Of a stretch of 64,000 nt of DNA, positions 1 to 13,490 are shown in pieces (position 1 is the first letter of the stretch; every line of letters begins with the position of its first letter). Below the pieces are notes generated by a model. The model searched no databases, was not told the origin of the DNA, and worked only from the letters and a program-made list of their open reading frames with translations. The position numbers and the translations under genes were made by a program. This DNA comes from Mytilus edulis (Eukaryota), in contig NC_092348.1 in assembly GCF_963676685.1 (NCBI RefSeq), positions 13,764,001-13,828,000 of the forward strand, in the 5' to 3' direction.

Positions 1-78
1 AAACACATAGGTTACATCTGTGATATTCCACTTCTTCTTTTTCCGAGTCATCGGACCCTCGACTGTTTCCTCCTCCAT
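1..78 (-). CDS. Possible first coding exon of a gene running off the left edge (MEEETVEGPMTRKKKKWNITDVTYVF...)
   Basis: ATG at 78-76 stays open to the window edge and is preceded by a TTTCAG acceptor-like site (CAG at 91-89). Too short to identify. Confidence 0.3.
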   Translation of the reverse strand, partial: MEEETVEGPMTRKKKKWNITDVTYVF

Positions 79-1795
79 AAGATATATGCTGAAATTTTAA
101 AAGTAAATGTATTATATTCAACTAAAAAAAAATGTAGTTGAAAAATTGACATTGCACTAGCTCCCAGTAACTACAACTACTCCTAAGTTAGATCGGTATT
201 TCATGTCTTTTTGTCATATGTGTTCGTGTTTTATACTAGCAAAACGCCATGAGCATAGTAGCATAGCCACTCGAAAACATTTTTTTAGAAGGGACCAGTG
301 GTCAGAAGGCTTTAAGCTTTAAGATTATTCATTTGTTTTTCAAACAAATGCTGAACTTTTTTTGTTTTGTAAGCACAAACCTATAAAACCTACTGTATGT
401 CTTTTGTTGCTACCTTGCTGCCATGCTTTATTTGCTTTTGTGGTTTAAATTTGATCTTGTTTTTTTATTCCTTTTGTATATCACATAACATGACTGGACA
501 TAAGGAGAAGACTTTTTGTTATCAGGAGGGGCCAGAAGAATATATTTTTTTATTTTCTTTACGTGGCATAATCGTGCGAAAATTTGTTTTTCATTGTTGA
601 ACAATAATCGTTTTCCGGTAAATTATTCTTCAGGACTCTAATCCACCACTCCCCCTTCCCGAGAAAAAAATAAAATTATTGTTCCCAATACTAGAAAAGA
701 TTTCTAATGACAGATTGATAGGTAACCGTCTGCTCAATCAATAACATCTGAAATTTGTCGAACGATTGAATTTCAAAATAATATACATGTTCGCATGGTT
801 AATGAAACTTCTTATATGCACAAATGAATTGAAATACATGAAATTGGAATTATCTGTACAATGAGAATAATATATTGGCTTATGATGGTAAATTTGCAAC
901 GTGTATATTAAGATTTACATACAAAAATATGTTTTAAAACATGATAATTGTTTTTTTAAAACGCAATATTGTCACAACGACTCGTACAGTATAAAACAGT
1001 GTAACGACAACGAAGCGTGTAGAGTTGAAAATTAAAGATGCACAAAGAGATGCACTTTTCGTTGTCTACATAGCATGTATATCTACAACTTTAAGTGTTT
1101 TGTTTAGGTAAAACGATAAGATTTTTAGAAATGTATATTTGCAAAAATAAAAGATGCGAGAAACTTAGAATTTATAACGATTAAAAATAGAAAACATGCT
1201 TTTACTATTGCCAAGGTCGTGCTTTTCGTTAATTTTAGCCTTTAGAAGAAAAAAAGTATTTAAAAAAAATAGCAATACAATATAAGTGACATATCATAGT
1301 ATATATCGAAGCAAAATATCATGAGAAATAGTAAAGATATTCATGAGTTTGTTCCTATTTTGTTTGTGTTTGAAAAATTTATGTTCGACATTCTGATTGT
1401 ATTTGATTCAATTTCTTTTATTATGCCTCTTTATGATTTCTTCGTTTCCCAGCCCTGTCCTGAAAGAATTACGGGTGAGTTTCTTCTCCTGTTTGTACAA
1501 ATTTGTCGAGATTTAACGACGACAGCTACGAACTCTTTTTTCAAGATGAGTCACAGTACAGCACGAAAAGTAGCTTTTCGATATAAAAAAATGGAAGCAT
1601 ACGCTAAAACTTTATTACTTTGGGATTCTATACAGCATATGTTGTTAATAGTGGACAAAACAATAACCTAAAACATGTTATTTTTTTGTTATATTTTGGA
1701 GTTCAGTATGACGTCCATTATTACTGAACTAGTTCATCTAATTTCACATTCTGATATACATATGATGTTATTTCCTTTTAAAATCTTGTATTTTT

Positions 1796-2470
1796 TGATT
1801 GGGTTTCATTAATTAATCCCCCAGAACTCGAAACTTGTATCCGTCTTATTTTCAATCTTCGAATTTGACAACCCCCCCCCCCCCCCCCCCCCCACACACA
1901 CACACTTTAACAATATACCATCTTCACCTTCATATGGGATATACATTTCCCAAATTATTCGGTGTGCAAGATCTTGCAGCTGTTACTCAAGACTTCACAA
2001 ATAATACACAATGGTATTGAAGCATAGATTCTTGGTTCTGACCTTGTTTATCACCTTAAAAACGTGTTTTAGTATGTTTTTCTTTTTGAAAATCGGTCAA
2101 TTGACTAATCAATGTTTTCTGATATCCATCTGACGTGGCTTGGTACTTATTTATCCCGTAAATTTTTGTGTCATTGTCTTTCATTTATTGGTTATGTGCT
2201 ATAACAATATGCATTTTTGTGCTTCTTTGATTGTTTTTAAAGTTACTGACATTAGAACACAATGTTATCTGTTGTATCGATTTTATTACATATTATGTCT
2301 GTTTTTTTCACATATTGTTGTGAATACAACGAAAGTGTATGCAGCTGCAATACAAGTAAGAGGTATGGCTAGCTATAAAACCAAATTATATAAACCACTT
2401 TCTACATGACTATTAAGTGAGGAATGTGAGAGTTGTAATCCATTCGTTTGATTTGTTTTTCTCAGAGGGA
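1796..2470 (+). mobile_element. Decayed 3' fragment of a Penelope-like element (RT C-terminus and 3' UTR)
   Basis: DWVSLINPPELE and SPSYGIYISQIIRCARSCS motifs match the PLE RT C-termini seen at 52600-52800 and 23500-23650. Confidence 0.7.
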
Positions 2471-3046
2471 TTATTTTTATATATTTATTATTTTTGTGCT
2501 TCTTTGATTGTTTTTAAAGTTACTGACATAAGAACACAATGTTATCTGTTGTATCGATTTTATTACATATTATGTCTGTTTTTTTCACATATTGTTGTGA
2601 ATACAACGAAAGTGTATGCAGCTGCAATACAAGTAAGAGGTATGGCTAGCTATAAAACCAAATTATATAAACCACTTTCTACATGACTATTAAGTGAGGA
2701 ATGTGAGAGTTGTAATCCATTCGTTTGATTTGTTTTTCTCAGAGGGATTATTTTTATATATTTATTATTTTTGTGCTTCTTTGATTGTTTTTAAAGTTAC
2801 TGACATAAGAACACAATGTTATCTGTTGTATCGATTTTATTACATATTATGTCTGTTTTTTTCACATATTGTTGTGAATACAACGAAAGTGTATGCAGCT
2901 GCAATACAAGTAAGAGGTATGGCTAGCTATAAAACCAAATTATATAAACCACTTTCTACATGACTATTAAGTGAGGAAAGTGAGAGTTGTAATCCATTCG
3001 TTTGATTTGTTTTTCTCAGAGGGATTATTTTTATATATTTATTATT
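2213..3046 (+). repeat. Tandem triplication of a 277-bp unit (PLE 3' UTR-derived)
   Basis: Near-identical units start at 2213, 2490 and 2767, which explains the repeated ORFs at 2140/2417/2694. The paralog at ~34350-34640 has a single copy. Confidence 0.95.
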
Positions 3047-3349
3047 AATTATTTATTTAATAACTCAAAATATCTATTTAACATGGTAAATATACTTTTT
3101 ACAGAAGCACATGTATTTTTTTGGGGTAAAACACGGTTTTTTGTTTACATTAACAATGTATTTCATTGGAGGGAATTTGTCGCACTGCAAATTTAAAAAA
3201 GGTATTCTATGTATCGTATGATTTTGGCTCGTGTTTCTTTGTGCTTGCTGTTAACTATAAATTAAAATACAATTTAAAATGTTATTATTCTCAGTTCTGC
3301 TTTACTCTGCGTAACTTACTCCGTACTACTGCCTTGCCTGTATTATAAC

Positions 3350-4510
3350 CATGACAGACCACCGTTTCGAAGACGAATTACTACTACACGAGGTCATAGC
3401 TCTCTTAGTTTTTAACAGAGAAGCTGCATTTTCTAGTTTAGTTTGCCTGCATCAATACCGTCGACAGCAACCAAACAAAGAGCGTTACAGCCACAAATAA
3501 GTGACAGCCCCTTTCAACTGTTTAAGTAGTACTTCGATTCTAAAATATTTGCAATGGAGAAACAGTTAAGTGTCGGGCAACGACTCCTTAGCCATTTAGT
3601 TGAAAAGGGAGGCGTCAGTGGAAATAAGGAGTGAAGGTAATAAAATCCAATGTACTTTCAACTCCGAAGTCCTTGCTGACCAACATAGCTGCAAAACGTT
3701 TTTTGAAAGATTTTTTTTCTATAGATTTAATTTCTGGACTTGTCTTAAAGTTGAACAAAAATAAATAAGCTTGAACAAAAGAAATAAGCTCATCAGAATA
3801 GCCGATAAAGTTGGACAACAGTTCGTGAATACGAGAGTGACGAAATAGCATCAGATTCAGATGGCAAGAAAAGATTACGCCAAGCTGAAAGCAGAGCACT
3901 CATAACCATCAAGGAGAAGTCGTACTAAAGCTTATGCTAAGCCTTCAGCTACTGTTTCTAGACCTATTATAAAACTGCAGATATGACTCACCAACAGTAC
4001 ATCCAGTCGCCCTTTCGGAGAAACAGTCGCCATGAGTCGACTTCCTATGAAATGTGTAGCGAATGCCACCAATTTGGACACTGGAGGACAAGCTGTTCCA
4101 ATAGAAGCAGCAAGCAATTTACACCAAGGAACAACACAGCAACATAAGATAAAAGATAAGTATCTTAATATAGTAGATGAATATTGTAAATATGGTGCAC
4201 ATGAATGGGCACATGAATATACCTTTCGAACATGTTCAGTATTTTGATAAAGTTGAGTTTTCAAAATTCGCCAAAGGCGTCAAAAGTAGTTTATCAAATG
4301 TAGCTGTTGAGAGTACATTTGAGCAAGCAAATTTATAGTTAATATTATAAAATCAGGTTATATGATGAATTCCTTTTGTGAGTTTACCACCCCGCAATAA
4401 TAAATCTGCAGTTGCTATAAATTCTGATTTTGTAAACGAAGCTGTTCTAGAACTTTCGAAAAACGGATGCGTACACGAAGTACCATTCCAGCCTTTGTAG
4501 TGTGACTGTC
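3350..4510 (+). mobile_element. Decayed Ngaro/DIRS-like YR retrotransposon fragment (gag zinc knuckle and start of RT)
   Basis: CX2CX4HX4C knuckle CSECHQFGHWRTSC at 4055-4096, followed by IIKSGYM and FVNEAVLELSKNGCVHEVPFQP, typical of the N-terminus of DIRS/Ngaro RT. Frameshifted. Confidence 0.7.
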
Positions 4511-5331
4511 TGGTGAAACTGGGGTAACCTTCAAAACATGGGAATAAACATTTACATAAAACTGGGGTAGCTTTAAAACCTGTTCTGCAACTGTCATATT
4601 TCGTGAAAGTGCATTTTGGCGGTTATTTTGACTAACTCAATGTATATAAACTGGTGGATAACTTCTCATTCAGATGCCTAATTAAGACGACTGGACGAAA
4701 TACATTTACCAGAATTAAGTTTGTTCATTTTTCAACACCTAAATATTAATAAATTGTTGTAATATATGATATTTAAAGACTTTTAAAAGCTTGTCTGTTT
4801 TCATTCTTCTGTTCGCCATCTTGTCTGTGTACATCGGTGCACATGATCACAGAATTAGCCAATAAACGTTGATCTTGCACAAAAAATATCAATACAACCT
4901 TTATTACGGTAGGCCATTCGTAACATGATTATAATAGAACCTCAAGTATCATGTTATTGATATAAAACCATGTAATATAAAAGGGCATCATATTTATTTA
5001 AAGCATGATTTCTGAAAAATCAAATTGAACATTTACGGATATATTAAAGAAAAAAAAATGGTTTGTGGAAGCTGGATTTCTAGATTAACAAGGATAACAT
5101 TTTATATTATTATAATATTGATTTCATTATTCTCAATCAAAAACTCCGTCAAAACTTTGGGTATGAGATTTTTTTAGAATACACGCTGAACGAACATATT
5201 AGATTACTACAAATTATCTCCCCTTATACGCTTATAAGTAAACAACAATCAAACATAAATAATTAGTATTCTTTGGTTAAAATGGTCTATATATTACAAT
5301 AGAGTACTTTATTTAACAATGAATTGTATGT

Positions 5332-5988
5332 ATGAACTCCACATTATCTATTAATTTTAAAAATTCTAAAATGAGTACAAAACAAATTTATAACATTATT
5401 ATAAACGAAAACAAACTGGACAAACCTATAGGAGTTATAATGTGGGAAAAAATGTTTGCCAAAAACCTGTACTTCAAACTAGAAAATTGTTTCAACTTCA
5501 TTTTTAACTACTTACCTGACAATAAATTGAAAATGTTTAGATGGAAATTAATTCACTTTATACTTCCATGCAATGATTTATTAGTTAAATGGAAAATACT
5601 CACAAATAATAAATGTAATCATTGCAGTATAAAAGAAGATTATGAACATCTTTATTTTTCTTGCAGTTACAACAGCAATTTTTTATCAAAAATATCCAAC
5701 CTTCTTAAATTTATAGGTTTCAATGAAAGTATTCTTAATATAGAAAATCTTGTAGTAGGATATAAAATAAATGATGAAGCTTACTATGAAATTAACTTTC
5801 TTTTGACTGTAATATTTTTTTCTATCTACAAATCATATTACATCTCTGACTCAAGAAGAACAAAAGTAGATATCTTTAAAATATTCAAGGCAGAAATAAA
5901 ATCTATAGTTGAAATCAATAATATAATTAAAAGAAAAACCAGTAAATTGATTTTAAAAACCCTAAACTACATAAATGATCATAAATAA
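5332..5988 (+). pseudogene. Tx1/L1-like LINE ORF2 C-terminus (zf-RVT zinc-binding region)
   Basis: FRWKLIHFILPCNDLLVKWKI...KCNHCSIKEDYEHLYFSC motif. An AATAAA at ~6622 followed by poly(A) at ~6642-6663 may be the element's 3' end. Confidence 0.8.
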
Positions 5989-7319
5989 TAACAAGGATTT
6001 GTACAAATATCCCTGAGATCACATGACCCAAGTATTAAGTCACATGACTTGAGCATGTCAGGTGACATTAATGTACTTTAATACCACGTGTTAAAAAAAA
6101 AGATAATAATGTATCATTCAATATTGTATAATACACACTTTTTTGTCTTCTTTTTTTACTTTATACCTTATGTGTTTATCTTTGACAACTATGTGTAGTG
6201 CACTCTGATGTCGTGTATAATCATGTTTACCCGAGTAGTTTAGATACATCAGTCTAAAATACAACAGGTTTCAAATAAGTTAACAGTTACACTTTTATTA
6301 TGATTCAAAACATCACGAAAATTATGATCAACTTACCTTTTAAATTAGACAAACTGTCTAAGTATTGTGAATTAAATTTATCCAAATCACAAAGATGATG
6401 ATGGCAAAACGATGCACATTTATCTAATATTAAAAAACACTATCGGACGGAAGTGAAATATTCTCCGGTAAACATGAAATCATTTAAAATATTGTAACAT
6501 TGTAATGTAACATCAATTTACTTTTATTAGATATTCTCCCTGGATACCTAATAACTAATATATCAGGGATACTTAGTGCAATGCTGTACACTAAGTAAAT
6601 TGTTAACAGCAATAGAGTGCAATAAAGTATATTATCCACGTAAAAAAAAAAAAAAAAAAAAAAATAAATTTTAAAAATCACATTTAAAAACTATACCGAC
6701 TGCGTACTTTTATTCTACAATCTGGTGAAAGACAGCAAATGTATCTTATTTCTAAATCTTAAGCATATTCATACTTATTCCAAAACAAAAGATATTTTTT
6801 AAATAAAACAATTGATTTATTAATTCAAATTACTACTTTTATAGTCGACATGGCATCATATAAAAAATGCAGCTATAAACGCAACGACAACTACACAAGT
6901 GAAAGCACTATTGACACCCTTATTAATATTAAGATGGGCTAGGACTATTCGACTGCGCATAATTTCACGCATGAATTACCATGCACACGAAAAGTTCACT
7001 TTTATTTTTTTTAAATATTTTGATTGATTAAAAATTTCATTGTTTGGGTTTAAGGTCAAATATTTTTTTCCCCCATTTCGGTGACCTATGTTTTTTATGT
7101 GCTCATTCTTTGAAACAATATTTCAGCTTTTTATACCAAGTGTTTTAGAACTTTTTTTTTTATATTCCGATAAAAATATGTCAACACCTCTATTTTCCCC
7201 ATCATTTCTTTGAAAAACTGTCCCTTTTACATACCTCTTTAAATGTAATGTTTTGAGCTTAAATGGTCCGGGACCCCCTATTTTTTTCGACCAATTTGAT
7301 TCACTTTCTTTAATGATTA

Positions 7320-9510
7320 AAATAACAAAAAATACGGCACTTCTGATAAAAACATCGAATAGGCCCGAGCCACCTTAAGGCAAAGAAAATAAGAAAGGCT
7401 GTTGTAGATGTGCTCATTGACCACGGCGACTTCTTTACCCACAGCATTTACCTCTGTCGAGGCTGTGTGAAGTTTACGGAGACAAACTTCCTTGACGACA
7501 CGCAAATGCCAAGAAAACAAAACAAGATTGATTTGTCAGAAGAAGCGGTGCAAGCATTTTTTTCGCTTTTAGAAAGGGCTGAGTGCTCTATTCAACAGCA
7601 ACAACAACTTGTCACAGCAATAGGGAAATGCCAAAGCAGAGCCATATACGAGGATTCGAAGAGTATTGGTGGAAAATTTAAAGATGATGAATACCTGGAA
7701 TCTTTCAGCGTTACAGGTAAGTTATGAATGATTATGATTACGATAGGATCAACAGTATGTTCTTGCTTATTTGATTTATTGTAAATGAGAAGTGTCTCAT
7801 CTTTCTGTTTGTAGGACTAGGCTACTTGGAAGGGAAATATACCTTACATAACAATGAATTCACGGTTCAACTAGCAAGCAAGCTAACCAAAGATATTACC
7901 TTTGCCTACACACTCGTGAAAATCGGCTGTAACAAATACAACGGAGTCTATATATATATATTTAGAAAAAATTATAATTATAATATTTTCAGTAACCAGT
8001 TTATAGAAGAGCAACTGAAAGTTGTGTGTGGTGGATTGGTGTTAATTTTGAAGATGGAAACATGGATGGGAATTTCAACCCACATGATAGGTATAAATAT
8101 CGTCCGATTATAGTCTTTTAGAATTTTTAAACATTTTTGGGATGTACGATGTTGAGTTAAACGTAGAGTAGCATATGTGATGTACATGCTTTAAAAAAAC
8201 CAGTTGGAATTAATGACTGAACTTGCTACATGTGTTTTGGTTTTTATCCACCAAATCTTATACAAATGATTCATATGCAGAGGCGGATTTAGAGGGTTTT
8301 TCAGGGCGCCCAGGCCCCCCTTTTGTGGTAAAAATTTGATTATATCAAGAATCACTGAAGCATGACTGGAAGTAGGTCCCCATTTATGATAATTTTGAAA
8401 GAATTTGGTTTCATTGACATTCATACAACATCTTCTTATTACATTTTGATAGTTAAAAGATTATTTTTCTGTTACAGGCCTAGGTCATTGTGAAATAAAT
8501 ATGGTCAAAGCTCTGGGATGTCGGGCTCATAGACCTAGCATAGATGTTAGGATCTGTATCCATTAAAGCCCTACAAGCGTGCCAAGGTGCAACTAGTAGT
8601 TGATAAACATTTAAAGTTACTTACCAGCTTGAATCGAACTTTTTAAAAATAAAAATTAACTTTTAGAAATGTTTTTTCTTTTTCTTTATAATTTCAATTT
8701 TACAGAGAAAAACAAAAATACAAAAGGGAATAACTCTTTTTTAGATAAATTTAAATAAAAAAAAAGTGCATGACGTAAACTTTATACTTTGAATTGTTTT
8801 TGTTGATATTTTGTAGATAATTTAAGTTTCTATTGTGAGATAGTAATGTTGTTTAATATTTTTACAGATCATCACAAGAGCTGGCAAATCCTGCAAATAT
8901 TTATGTTTGCTATGGCACAACGTATTGCACAGAACGCAATATCAGTAATAAGAGATATAAAAGGCATGCATTGGGAAGATTATCAAAAGCAAAACTACTC
9001 CAATTTTACAACAGTATAGTAAGATCTATTATGGAGTATACATGTCAAGGAAGCTGTACAAAGAAAACGCCTGTCATAATGCCTTGGCTTACCAGGATCA
9101 GGTAACGAAACATGAACAGTATAATTTCAAGTGTGATTATGACAAGTGCAACAAGACATGTACGTTCCAAAAAGGGCTAATGCACCACATATGAAGTGAA
9201 CACAATGGGAAAACCTGTGTATGTGAACTATGCAGATAAACTTACACATATAAAACATCTGTGGGGTAAAACAAAAATCTTCGTTAAATTTATGAAATGC
9301 AGTTACTCCTTCTGTCTCCTTGGTGAGATATTATCCCCGATTTCAATTTGGGATTTTTTGTTTTCCTCGATTCCATGTCGAAATGACGTGATCTAAAATT
9401 AAATGAAGACTTTGACACATAAAAAAAGTCTAATTAAACTCTTCATTTAAAAGAAAAAAAACTCTCCCAATTAGGCAATATATAAACCAAGTGAAGACAA
9501 GATGAGTAAG
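7320..9510 (+). pseudogene. Spliced, decayed transposase-like gene (possibly Academ/DUF6589-like) with C2H2 zinc-finger remnants
   Basis: Exon-like blocks bounded by GT/AG: 7410-7717 ending ...FSVT|gtaagt; GLGHCEINMVKAL after ttacag at ~8477; DHHKSWQILQIFMFAMAQ after ttttacag at ~8868; finger remnants FKCDYDKCNKTCTFQKGLMHHI*SEH and CELC at 9120-9260. The family assignment is an inference. Confidence 0.5.
8275..8390. mobile_element. MITE fragment with GGCGGAT-type end
   Basis: Starts atgcagaggcggattt and has a GC-rich core. A related opposite end (ctggatctgccactg) lies at ~39700. Confidence 0.4.
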
Positions 9511-9593
9511 GTATTGTAGAGAATATTCAGTGATTGCAATGACGATAGATAAATAAATTTGCAGATTCTAATGTTATATAGCAAAAAATAATG

Positions 9594-9744
9594 TTTTTAT
9601 TACATTAAATACCCCACCTTCATAAATTTAGATATCAGTCCACTCGCTGCATTATTCAACCGGAAACCAGCCAGAAAAAGAACCATGACCCCGTGACCTC
9701 TCCTACCTGACACCTGTGCGTCCTAAACCTTCATCATTTTTTCC
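9594..9744 (+). repeat. DIRS left inverted terminal repeat
   Basis: Reverse complement of ~14703-14845 (e.g. gatatcagtccactcgctgcattattcaaccgg / ccggttgaataatgcagcgagtggactgatatc). Confidence 0.95.
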
Positions 9745-9897
9745 GGTTCATCAACGCATGCTGCACGCTTTTGAGGAGGAAGAAAAAGTTTATCTTTTGC
9801 AAACAAGTTGTTTATTATATATATAGAAATTTAAATTGATATTTTTGTTTATTATAAGTATATTTAGATAAATTTATCATCATTTTATCTGAATATT

Positions 9898-11620
9898 ATG
9901 GATAAAATTCCAGCTTCGGCTACCCAAGAGGTAAGTGACAGTCAAATACACACTTCCAACAGTAATTTGTTGTCCCCTTGGCGTTCGGACACCTATTCTG
10001 ATGACTTTTGGGATATAAGTTTGGAATTTCCAGGTGTTTCAGGTGTTGGTATGGAACAGGACTCAGTACCGGTTCCTGTCAGGACTTTGCCGTTCACTCC
10101 TGGTGCCAGTCAGTTGAGGCTATCTAGCTAACCTAGCAGGGTATCACATACCGTTACTAGGCCTGCAGAGATACCAACGTCTCCTGTGTCTTGCAAGACA
10201 AGCAGGCAGGAGACTCTACCAGCTGGCATCAGGAGTGACCCCTTTTCCAGGACTAGGTGGCCCATGAATTTTGTCTACCCTCCCATGCCTATGGGTATGC
10301 CCAACTGGCCGCCTTATCCCCAGCCCTTTGACCCGTATTCGGCTCAATCAGTTTGGTCTGGTCAGGGATTTGGTGGTAGACCCTCTTCAGAGTCATCCTC
10401 TTTTAAGGATGAGATGAGGAGTCTTACCACGGTTATACACAAGATTCAAGCTACTGTTAATGCTAAGTTCTTGGAGTTTGGTAACAGGCTTGATCTGATG
10501 GAGTCTAGGGGTCTGTCTCAGGATCCTGCACAGGACCCTCCCAGACCTCCTAGACAGTTGTTGGAAGACGACTCGGTGTCTTTGGCTCCTAGAAGTCAGG
10601 AAGGTAACTTTTTGGATGACCAAGGTGATATTTCAGATGTTGACAGTGTAGTAAGCACAGAGGGAGATGCTTTCATTCCTAAGGAGCCTTCTTCAGGCAA
10701 CTCGGATTGCCTTAGGAGTCTTGGTCTACTCGATTCGCAGGAATATGTCAGATATGCCCATGTCGTCGCCACCTAGGGTTTCTTCTACTCCTTCGGATTT
10801 CATGGCTTGCTCAGTTATAGTCAAGCCAGAGTCTAAGAGGTATTATTCTTTTAGGGTCACTTTACAACTGCTTTGTATTTTGTAAACTCTTCTCTGGCTG
10901 AGAATCTTGCTAACACTAGCAAAACTGGTGGAAGTAAGTTCTTTGGTTTCGGACCTGCCTCTTACCCAGGGAGATGTAGATCTAAGGACTTTGAGATCCC
11001 TGGATCTTCCTTGGGTATGTCGGCTCCTAATTGTGACAGGGATTTTTCTAGTTTACTTGGTTTGAAACCTTTGGATGGCCTCAGACTTTCTCAAGCTTCT
11101 TATGTCAAGTCAGAGAATAATCTGAGGTGTTTCACTTTTGTTCGTGAGACAGCTGAGCACTTTTTGTCAGCAGCTGGGTCTCTTTTAAAGAACAAAGGGG
11201 AGGAATTTTCAGACTTGAGGTCTATGCTGCTTCTGGTAGACAAGAGTCTTGATAAATCGACTGTCTCTGAAGCGCTTCAGCAGAGACTTGTCAGTTCTCC
11301 TTTGTCTAAGGACAAGTTATTCTCTGTTTCCTTAGGGCAGTTAGACAAAGGAGAACTGACAAGGACAAGTTGTTCTCTGTTTCCTTAGAGCAGTTACAGG
11401 AGGAGTTGAATAAGGCCCCTCCTGTGGTCAAGGTGGGTGTGAAGGTCACTGATGGGTAAAGATTTGTCAAGACTACTCAGGTTAACAATCCGTCTTCTTC
11501 TCATCAACCCAAGGCTTCTACCTCTTCTTCTTCACAGCCTACGCAGAGACCAGCTTTTTCTCTTACCAACTATTCTAGTGGGAAGAAAGCTAAAGTTGTT
11601 AAGGGAAAGAAGCAGGGTAA
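9898..11620 (+). pseudogene. DIRS ORF1 (gag-like), fragmented
   Basis: Overlapping ORF pieces 9898-10131, 10186-10776, 10667-10885 and 10873-11388 lie between the left ITR and the RT. Pro/Ser-rich. Confidence 0.7.
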
Positions 11621-11689
11621 GTGATGTGTTGTCCCCTCCGTTGAATCGTTCCCCACTGGAAGAGGAAAACTATACTTCTCTTCCTCATC

Positions 11690-13490
11690 TTCCAGTGGGG
11701 GCAGGCTGTCCCACTTTCTAGATCAATGGGCTCTGATAACTTCAGACAAGTGGGTACTTTCGATTTTACGGAGGGGATTGGAACTTCAGTTTATGGAACA
11801 GCCTCCTCTCTCTCCTGTTCCAATCAATCTGTCAGTTACAAAGGATTCTCAAAAGAATCAGTTGTTACAAGACGAAGTGAACATATCTTATTCAGAAGGA
11901 TGTGTTGGAGGAGGTCAATCCTCCTTTTCATCTAGGGTTTTATTCCCGGCTGTTCTTGGTTCCCAAGAAGAACGGGAAAATGAGAACAGTTCTAGATCTT
12001 TCTGTTCTCAATCAGTATCTAGTGGTCCCATATTTCAAATTGGAGACCAACAGGTCTATCAGGTCGACTATTCATCTAGGAACTTGGACAACCTCTCTTG
12101 ATTTGATGGATGCCTATTTTCACATCCCAATTTCTCACTAGTTTCGTCATTTCCTGAGACTGGTTTGGGCAGACAAGGTTTACAGTTTCAAGGCTATGCC
12201 TTTTGGCCTGGCTATTGCACCCTTAGTTTTTACCAGGATTTTTCAGACGGTGGTGTCTTATCTTCATACTCAGGCAGTACTCATTCACTCCTACCTAGAC
12301 GATTCTCTTATCAAGAATCATTGCCGATCTCTTTTGGAGGAACACACCAATTTGTCTATCCTTTTACTCCTGAGACTGGGTTTTTTGATTCATGGGGAAA
12401 ATCAGAGATAATTCCCAGTCGGAGTTTTTAATTTCCTGGGAGAACATTTTCGGACAGATTTGGGTCTAAAGATTCCTCAAGAAGAGAAGGTAGTCAAGGT
12501 ACGTAAGTTAGTCAATGCTCTGACTCAGTTTTCATCTGTCCCAGCTCGTCAATTGCTTCAGCTGGTGGGTTTCTTGATTTCGATCATGGACGTCATTCCA
12601 CTAGGACGTCTACACATTCGTCCAATCCAGTGGTATCTGTCTGGCTTCAGGAAAAACATCTTCTGAAGGGAGTTTTGTTGGATCCTCCAGACCCCAGCGT
12701 AACTCTGTTCACAGATGCAAGTCTGATGGGTTTGGGCGCTTATCTGGAGGGCAGGACAGCATCAGGCCTTTGGTCAGGTCAATCAACACATCAATTTGCT
12801 AGATATGAGAGCTGTGTTTCTTTCTCTCCGTCAGTTTCAGGCTGTGATTCAGGGTCAGTCACTACTGGTTGCCACGGACAACTCCACAGTAGTGGCTTAT
12901 CTTCAGAATCAAGGAGGGACCCATTCCTTTTCTCTGTATCATCTGAGCAAGGAAATTCTTCTTCTGTGTCACAGTCTCGATATAATTCTGTCAGTGAGAC
13001 ATGTTCCAGGCAGTCAAAATCTTCTGGCGGATGCTCTCTCCCGTTCCCGTGTTCCAGTGAACACAGAATGGGAAATTCATCCATCAGTGTTTCAGGAGAT
13101 CATTCTTTGTTGGGATCGTCCTCATATAGATCTTTTTGCCACCAGTCTGAATCACAAGTTGGAGACTTATGTTTCTCCCATTCCAGACGAGAAAGCCTGG
13201 GCAGTAGATGCTATGACCCTATCTTGGAAGGGAATGTTCAGTTACATGTTCCCTCCTTTTCGTCTTCTTTCAAAGATCTTGCACAAGATTCAGAGGGATC
13301 TTTTCAAGACCATTCTTATTGCTCCGGCTTGGCCAAGACAGTCTTGGTTCTCAGAACTACTACTTCTGTGTTGTGCGAAGCCTCTCCGTCTTCCTATAAG
13401 AGAGGATCTACTGTCTCAATTCAAAGGAAGAAAACTTCATCAGGGTCTAGAGAATCTCCATCTGCACGCTTGGTTGCTGTCAGGAATTCC
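11690..13490 (+). pseudogene. DIRS RT / RNase H / DNA N6-adenine methyltransferase-like ORF, fragmented
   Basis: RT: GFYSRLFLVPKK, LDLMDAYFHIPI, MPFGL, YLDD. RNase H: LFTDAS, TDNSTVV, NLLADALSR. Methyltransferase-like: IDLFATSLNHKL...AVDAM...YMFPPF. Confidence 0.93.

Larger units (their letters stand above)
1340..4490 (+). repeat. Segmental duplication, copy A (paralog of ~33110-38150)
   Basis: Collinear diverged matches: 1340-1740 vs 33110-33720, 1796-2470 vs 33887-34640, 3060-3170 vs 34786/36980-37070, 3280-4490 vs 37120-38150. Confidence 0.9.

Noticed and set aside
1330-1465. Minus-strand exon after a TTTCAG acceptor conserved in both duplicates
   Set aside because: The reading frame is not conserved between the two copies and contains stops.
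1871-1905. Poly-C/(CA)n run, also poly-G at ~23546 and poly-C at ~39668
   Set aside because: Simple-sequence expansions inside decayed elements, with no further structure.
2140-2963. Three similar 89-aa ORFs as a small gene family
   Set aside because: They are by-products of the 277-bp tandem repeat of non-coding PLE UTR.
12630-13480. N-terminal part of the 404-aa ORF as a novel protein
   Set aside because: It is a frameshifted RNase H start plus the overlapping frame upstream of the YR, which is normal for DIRS overlapping ORFs.
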